From the NCBI RefSeq assembly GCF_009914755.1, contig NC_060931.1: a stretch of 64,000 bases of DNA; one strand, given 5' to 3'. The stretch comes from the human T2T-CHM13v2.0 reference genome, Homo sapiens. Shown here piece by piece: positions 60,552 through 64,000 of the stretch; positions within the stretch are counted from its first letter, which is position 1, and each line of letters begins with the position of its first letter. The translations under genes were made by a program, and so were the position numbers. Under the pieces are notes generated by a model. That model saw only the letters and a program-made list of their open reading frames with translations, searched no databases and was not told the DNA's origin.

Positions 60552-61500
60552 TTCTTTCCTCCTGCAATTAAAAATAGCCCCTTTCTCTGAAAACAGAGAC
60601 AAAAACACTCAGAATGGAAGTATTCCTGTTGGTGGTGAGATGTTCTCTCCATTAGCTATGGAGTACTGTTTTATGTGTTGTGTGCTTATGCCTTACAAGA
60701 TCTTTTAAAGACACTTTATATTCCCAGTGCCTTAACATTAGTGATGATCCAAGATTAAGAAAAATGATGACAGCTAGTGCTCACGCATTCATTCTATACT
60801 ATTTACAGTGAGAATTCAAATCTCATGAATAGGGTGAAAATACTTTCAATATTCTATAGGCTAGTTAACAAATGTAGCATATGCTCTTGAAACCAAGGAA
60901 AATAAAAAAAATATGATGGCTCCATTTTTAATATTCCTCTAAAAATTATTTTCTTTTTTCTTAATCTATTTTGACTAATTTTCTATTTTATCTTTTTTAT
61001 TCTTACTTCATTTATTGTCTTTCACCTTTAACTCTGTATTCAGAGAGGTCAGACATACAGGAAAATGTACAAATTTGGGATATGATAAAGGTGGCCTTTC
61101 AAAACATTGTAGAAAAGAAGGATTATTCAATAAAGGGTATTGGACAACTGGCTAGCCATTTGGAAAGTAATAAAACTGAAGCTTTATCTTACTCCTTACT
61201 CAAAATGAATTCTATTTGGCTCCAAAATTTGAGCATAAAAATGAAATATTAAAAGTTTTGAATAATCTTGGTGATTAAAAAAAGTAAGCTTAAGACCTCT
61301 CTAACCATGATAAAACTGAAAAGCTATAGAAATATATTGGTAGATAAAAGGAAAATTTGAAATATCTTCCTATGTAAAAACATTTTTAAGTTAAAAAAGA
61401 AACAAAAATTGGGAAAATATTTGCAAGTTGAGGCTAAAGAAAACAATTTCTATAAATAATTTAGTAAAGGTCTAGCAACATATTAGAAAGTAGTCATTAA

Positions 61501-61667
<167 letters not shown>

Positions 61668-62002
61668 GTAGCCTTCAATAAGGAATTAAAGAATTCAAAT
61701 GGGCAATAAACATATAAAAGTATGATTTTTAATTAACATAAATTAATAAGGGGAAACAAATTAGTACGGTATGAGATGCCAGTTTAAACTCTATCAGTCC
61801 AGCAAAAAATTTTTAAAGTTTCATCAAAGCTGGTATTGAGGAAGGTTTGGAGAAGCAGGCATTAAACTATACTTGGGTAGGAATAAAAATTTGTCCAGCC
61901 TTCTGGTAGGATAACTTTAAAAAAATCCCACTTAATTATGAAGTTATGAAGATATCATTGCAAAATTATTCAGTTATATGTATAAAGATGTTATTTAAAT
62001 AC

Positions 62003-62270
62003 TTTTTTATTATACTGTAAGTTCTAGGATACATGTACAGAACATGTAGGTTTGTTACATAGGTATACAAATGTCATGGTGGTTTGCTGCACCCATCAAC
62101 CCATCACCTATATTAGGTATATCTCCTAATGCTATCCCTCCCTTAGCACCCCCAACCCTGACAGGCCCTGGTGTGTGATCTTCCCCTCCCTGTGTCCATG
62201 CATTCTCATTGTTCAACTCCCACTTATGAGTGAGAACATGTGGTGTTTGGTTTTCTGTTCTTGTGTTAGT
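62003..62270 (-). mobile_element. 5'-truncated L1PA (about PA6-8), 3'UTR only
   Basis: TTATTATACTGTAAGTTCTAGGATACATGT..; TSD TTTAAATACTTTTT at ~61994 and ~62270. Confidence 0.88.
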
Positions 62271-63110
62271 TTAAATACTTTTTATAGTGATACAAAATCT
62301 GGACCCATTCTTTATCTCTTGCAGTGGGGAGGTGATTCCAGAATATGGAAAATGTATAGGATGCACAAAACCATGAATAGTATTTCTGTAAAGTGGGGCT
62401 ACAGGGGCTGGAGGAGGATTTTACTTTGCTATACCTGCTCTTTGGTATCTCTGATGTGAATTGTGAGGGAAAATGGGGTGTATGCAATGGGGATCCTATA
62501 GATATACGAAGATGAGAGGAATAAAGGTGAGTGTCAAAATTATTACTGCAGTCTTTGAGGCATTCAAGAAATGAAGGTTAAGAACTTGAGTTATCTTGAA
62601 GTTGCTTTTGGTTGCTCTACTCTCTCTTTTGGGGGGATAACTTTTAGACTGGACAATTTGGTGACATCTTTATCAGAATTACATGAAATTCAAATTACTG
62701 AAAGGAAGTGAGAAACAATTATATAATTTTCCTTATTACAAAGGAAATATGAGACATTTCAGGCCAAAGGGTTTAAGGGATTTGATCAAAGTTAGGAGCA
62801 GAGCTGGAAGTAGAAACCAAACCCTCTCGTCCTGCCTCACCCACTATCATCTTCCCACCAGCCCTGTGGTAACATAAGCCAAAGCACAGAGATTTAGACA
62901 TCTTGAATCTTCTGAAGGACTGCGATTTTCAATTCAACCTACATGTATAATTATTGCTAAAGAATGAGAGTAAAAATTAAAGCATTCATCCTTCTTTTTA
63001 TTAATATAAATGCAACAGGCATTTGTGTAGAATGTGATCATATTGAAAATTGGACATATTACTTAATCGGGGAACTTGATTTACTTACGAAACCAAACAT
63101 AAAAACACTA

Positions 63111-63850
<740 letters not shown>

Positions 63851-63851
63851 A

Positions 63852-64000
<149 letters not shown>

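Overview
Primate genomic DNA, almost certainly human chr7q31 (the species cannot be proven from the window; Alu, THE1 and L1PA content show it is a primate). The window holds the 3' end of FOXP2 on the + strand: the end of the last intron (1-2476), the last coding exon (2477-2621, [47 protein letters not shown]), and a ~3.8 kb 3'UTR ending after AATAAA at 6429. About 57 kb of gene-free downstream sequence follows, towards MDFIC. The first ~10 kb has no clearly recognisable transposon. The rest is a mosaic of Alu, L1, L2, MIR, MaLR/ERV LTRs and a Charlie DNA transposon, including a 10.7 kb nested block (MLT1 > L1MA > Alus, L1PA, full-length THE1B), plus a tailless U2 snRNA retropseudogene. None of the supplied ORFs is a credible host gene, and the real FOXP2 exon is missing from that track. 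I see no evidence of a new multi-gene system. Best leads: (i) an in-frame upstream 3' splice site that would stop FOXP2 just before its SUMO motif; (ii) PBX-HOX/MEIS enhancer grammar in the intron and at ~55 kb; (iii) a CRE-(CA)n-MEF2 module; (iv) a possible decayed retrocopy at ~10.4-11.4 kb. Repeat subfamily names are from memory of consensus sequences and boundaries are approximate.
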